Assembly: GCF_000189555.1 (NCBI RefSeq)
Contig: NC_017276.1
Direction: 5' to 3' (one strand)
Source of the DNA: Saccharolobus islandicus REY15A
GTDB taxonomy: Archaea; Thermoproteota; Thermoprotei_A; Sulfolobales; Sulfolobaceae
Length of the DNA stretch: 64,000 bases
The notes under the pieces were generated by a model that worked only from the letters and a program-made list of their open reading frames with translations, had not been told where the DNA came from and ran no database searches. The number at the start of each line of letters is the position of its first letter. The stretch's first letter is position 1. This document shows, one piece after another, positions 60,997-64,000 of the stretch. A program made the translations under genes and the position numbers.

Positions 60997-62011
60997 TGTA
61001 GCTGTTAATGGATATGGTACTATAGGTAAGAGAGTCGCTGATGCTATCCTTAAACAACCAGATATGAGACTAATAGGGGTTGCAAAGACATCTCCAAATT
61101 ACGAAGCGTTTATAGCACATCGTAAGGGGATAAAGATTTACGTCCCACAACAATCTATTAAGAAATTCGAAGAATCTGGAATACCAGTTGCTGGCACAAT
61201 AGAGGACCTAGTAAAAGCCTCTGATATTGTAGTAGATACTACGCCCAATGGTGTTGGTGCACAATATAAGCCAATTTACCAACAATTCCAAAGAAACGCT
61301 ATATTCCAAGGTGGAGAAAAAGCGGAAGTTGCTGATATTTCGTTCTCAGCCTTATGCAATTACGATGAGGCCCTTGGCAAAAAGTACATTAGAGTCGTGT
61401 CATGTAATACTACAGCACTACTAAGAACAATATGCACAATAAATAAGGTCACTAAAGTTGAAAAAGTTAGGGCAACAATAGTTAGAAGAGCTGCAGATCA
61501 AAAGGAAGTTAAGAAAGGTCCTATAAATTCATTAGTACCAGACCCTGCAACTGTACCAAGTCATCATGCAAAAGACGTTAACAGTGTCATTAAAAATTTA
61601 GATATAGTTACAATGGCAGTAATAGCTCCAACAACGTTAATGCATATGCACTTTATTAACATAACCTTAAAGGATAAGGTAGAGAAAAAAGATGTACTTA
61701 GCGTTCTGGAGAACAGTCCTAGGATAGTCCTAATCTCCTCAAAGTATGATGCAGAAGCTACAGCAGAATTAGTAGAAGTAGCAAGAGATCTGAAAAGGGA
61801 AAGAAATGATATTCCAGAGGTGATGGTGTTCGATGACTCTGTTTATGTTAAGGATAACGAGGTTATGTTAATGTATGCAGTGCATCAAGAATCAATAGTG
61901 GTACCAGAAAATGTGGATGCAATAAGGGCCTCCACTAGATTAATGAGTGCAGAAGACTCAATAAGAATTACAAATGAAAGTTTAGGAATATTAAAGGGGT
62001 ACCTAATATGA
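60989..62011 (+). CDS. gap: Glyceraldehyde-3-phosphate dehydrogenase (archaeal type II)
   Basis: [33 protein letters not shown]. Confidence 0.97.
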   Translation: MISVAVNGYGTIGKRVADAILKQPDMRLIGVAKTSPNYEAFIAHRKGIKIYVPQQSIKKFEESGIPVAGTIEDLVKASDIVVDTTPNGVGAQYKPIYQQFQRNAIFQGGEKAEVADISFSALCNYDEALGKKYIRVVSCNTTALLRTICTINKVTKVEKVRATIVRRAADQKEVKKGPINSLVPDPATVPSHHAKDVNSVIKNLDIVTMAVIAPTTLMHMHFINITLKDKVEKKDVLSVLENSPRIVLISSKYDAEATAELVEVARDLKRERNDIPEVMVFDDSVYVKDNEVMLMYAVHQESIVVPENVDAIRASTRLMSAEDSIRITNESLGILKGYLI

Positions 62012-62418
62012 GCGAACCATCCTATTTCGTAAGCTTTTGGTTAAGAAAAATACTAGTACCAGTAGATGGTTCTGAGAACAGTTTAAGAGCTCTGGATCTT
62101 GCAGTAGACTTCGGTATGAGATACGGTTCAAAGATAACCATAATACATATATGTAGTGACTGTAACAATACCAACGATATACAATCGCTTATTGAAAAAA
62201 GGGTAAATAACAAGATCGAATATGATTTAAAAATAGTTAAGATCAACATTAAAGAGTCCAGTGTTTCAAATGAAATTTTGAAAGTAATAAATGAGGAACC
62301 TTATGATGCAGTAATAATGGGTGCAAGAGGAACTTCATTGAATAGTGATATAAATATAGGCTCTACAGCTCTAGCAATATCGATCAATGCTCCAGTCTCT
62401 GTAATATTAGTCAGATGA
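62008..62418 (+). CDS. Universal stress protein
   Basis: [17 protein letters not shown]..., IGS. Confidence 0.9.
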   Translation: MSEPSYFVSFWLRKILVPVDGSENSLRALDLAVDFGMRYGSKITIIHICSDCNNTNDIQSLIEKRVNNKIEYDLKIVKINIKESSVSNEILKVINEEPYDAVIMGARGTSLNSDINIGSTALAISINAPVSVILVR

Positions 62419-63712
62419 TTAATTTTAATGATTTAGAAGAATATTTTTCTAGATCTTTCATATCGTCAAATGTATACTTAACCTCTAAGAAATTCTTCCT
62501 CATGTCGATTACCTCTTTTTTAACTTCATTAACGTCCTTCTTGTCTATAATCACTTTCTTAAACAACTCAGCAATCTCCTCCATTTCACTTTCTTTCATC
62601 CCATATCTGGTCATCTCTTGTACACCTATTCTTAAGCCACTAGGATCGGAAACGTTTTCTGGCTTATCATAAGGCAACAAGTTTTTATTTACTATGATAT
62701 TCGCATCTTCTAATAATTTAGCTATCTTATTCCCTCCACCGAATTGTCTTACGTCTACCGCAACTTGATGACTCTTAGTATAGCCTAAATTCTCACCAAT
62801 TACCTTAAATCCTCTTTCAGCTAAGGCTTCTGCTAAAGCCTTTGAGTTCCTCGTTATCTGATTAGCGTAGCTCTCACCAAAGTACTTCATCTCGATTGCT
62901 GTTACTGCGGTTGCGGGCAATCTATGCAAATGATGATTACTAACAAACCATGGGAATATTGTCCTTGAAACTTGTTTAAAAACTTCCGAACCATTAGAGA
63001 AAATAGCCCCGCCTTGCGGACCAGGAAAAGTCTTATGAGTTGATACAGTCATAATGTCTGCCCCCTCTTTTAGCGGACTACTCCAGACTTTGCCTTCTAT
63101 TAATCCGTATACGTGAGCTGCATCGTAAACCAATTTAGCTCCAACAGCGTGAACATGTGGAGCTAGTTCTTTAGTAGGGTGAGGAAATAGATAAAGACTA
63201 CCTCCAAGTACTACAAATTTCGGTTTAACTTCTTCTATCATCTTTATTGCTTTATCAACATCCACATTGATGTTTTCTTCATCAAATGGCATTTCAATGT
63301 GTTGAATGCCTAAAGCTCCTAATGTTCCGAACTTAGTATGGCTGACATGAGCACCAGCTTGAACTGGAGCTATTAATGCCTTATCTCCTGGCTCAGCTAA
63401 AACTCTAAACACAGCAGCATTTGCTATAGTACCACTAGTAGGTCTCAGATCACAATCCTTCGAGTTTGTTATCTCATTCATCAAATCCATAGCAAGAGTT
63501 TCAATTTCATCCGTATATTTAGTCCCTTGATAATATCTCTTGTAAGGTTTGCCTTCTGCATATCTAGACATGAAGTCGCTCATATATACACTTTCAGCCA
63601 ATGGACTCATTACGTTTTCAGATGCAATAAGATTCAAAGTTTGTGTTCTTCTCCATACGTTTTGTGCCTTAGTAATTTCAAGAACTTTCTCCAATTCTTT
63701 AGGAAATGACAT
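62411..63712 (-). CDS. glyA: Serine hydroxymethyltransferase
   Basis: [34 protein letters not shown]. Confidence 0.97.
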   Translation of the reverse strand: MSFPKELEKVLEITKAQNVWRRTQTLNLIASENVMSPLAESVYMSDFMSRYAEGKPYKRYYQGTKYTDEIETLAMDLMNEITNSKDCDLRPTSGTIANAAVFRVLAEPGDKALIAPVQAGAHVSHTKFGTLGALGIQHIEMPFDEENINVDVDKAIKMIEEVKPKFVVLGGSLYLFPHPTKELAPHVHAVGAKLVYDAAHVYGLIEGKVWSSPLKEGADIMTVSTHKTFPGPQGGAIFSNGSEVFKQVSRTIFPWFVSNHHLHRLPATAVTAIEMKYFGESYANQITRNSKALAEALAERGFKVIGENLGYTKSHQVAVDVRQFGGGNKIAKLLEDANIIVNKNLLPYDKPENVSDPSGLRIGVQEMTRYGMKESEMEEIAELFKKVIIDKKDVNEVKKEVIDMRKNFLEVKYTFDDMKDLEKYSSKSLKLII

Positions 63713-63754
63713 AAGAGTAAAGTAGTTACAGAATATTTAAATTTTGATAAAAGA

Positions 63755-64000
63755 TTAAACTTTCATTGCTCTTCCAAGTCTAGCATGGGCCTTACCTAAC
63801 TCTCTGTTAGCTAAAGCTGCAAGAAGATTAAGTTCTCCAGATAATACAGTAGAAGCTATTATCTCTGCAAATTTCTTAGCGTTAGAGCTTGGCGGATTTC
63901 CACTACCATAAACTCCCATAATTGATAGTGCCTCTTTCTGTGTAGGTAATCTAGTACCTCCTCCTACAGTCCCTACTTCTAATGAGGGTAATGTAACTGA
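63755..64000 (-). CDS. hmgA: HMG-CoA reductase class I, 3' part (runs off the window end)
   Basis: Manual translation [16 protein letters not shown]...[29 protein letters not shown]. Confidence 0.93.
   Translation of the reverse strand, partial: SVTLPSLEVGTVGGGTRLPTQKEALSIMGVYGSGNPPSSNAKKFAEIIASTVLSGELNLLAALANRELGKAHARLGRAMKV

Overview
This is an AT-rich, gene-dense core-genome segment of a Sulfolobales archaeon. The proteins look Saccharolobus-like (S. solfataricus/islandicus/shibatae group); this comes from recognised sequences and gene order, not from a database search. It carries the purC 5' end, tRNA-modification genes (queE, taw3, ttuA-like), ESCRT-III cdvB3, the divergent pyrEF / pyrBI-K-C-D operons and Lrp with a TFS paralogue. 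It also carries a radical-SAM GDGT ring synthase (grsA-like), serS, the his operon, leuS, lipid genes and ilvB/N/C. Further along are hjc with PINA, pdxST, proS, the A-type ATPase operon, metG, priL, the lysine methyltransferase aKMT, PolB1 and its partner PBP2, one tRNA-Arg(GCG), tsr3, mscS, pgk-gap, glyA and the hmgA 3' end. I found no CRISPR array, integrase, intact transposase or obvious defence island, so the window is mostly ordinary housekeeping DNA and I cannot point to a clear new multi-gene system. The best leads are small-scale. (1) A JAB/MPN-motif gene coupled to pyrF whose reading frame is broken at an A6 tract or starts at a non-AUG codon. (2) Several genes whose conserved N-termini or Shine-Dalgarno spacing imply ATA/ATC/ATT-type starts. 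(3) A 61% GC, hairpin-rich island between PolB1 and tRNA-Arg. (4) An unusual long leader with small ORFs and a tetranucleotide repeat upstream of ilvB.
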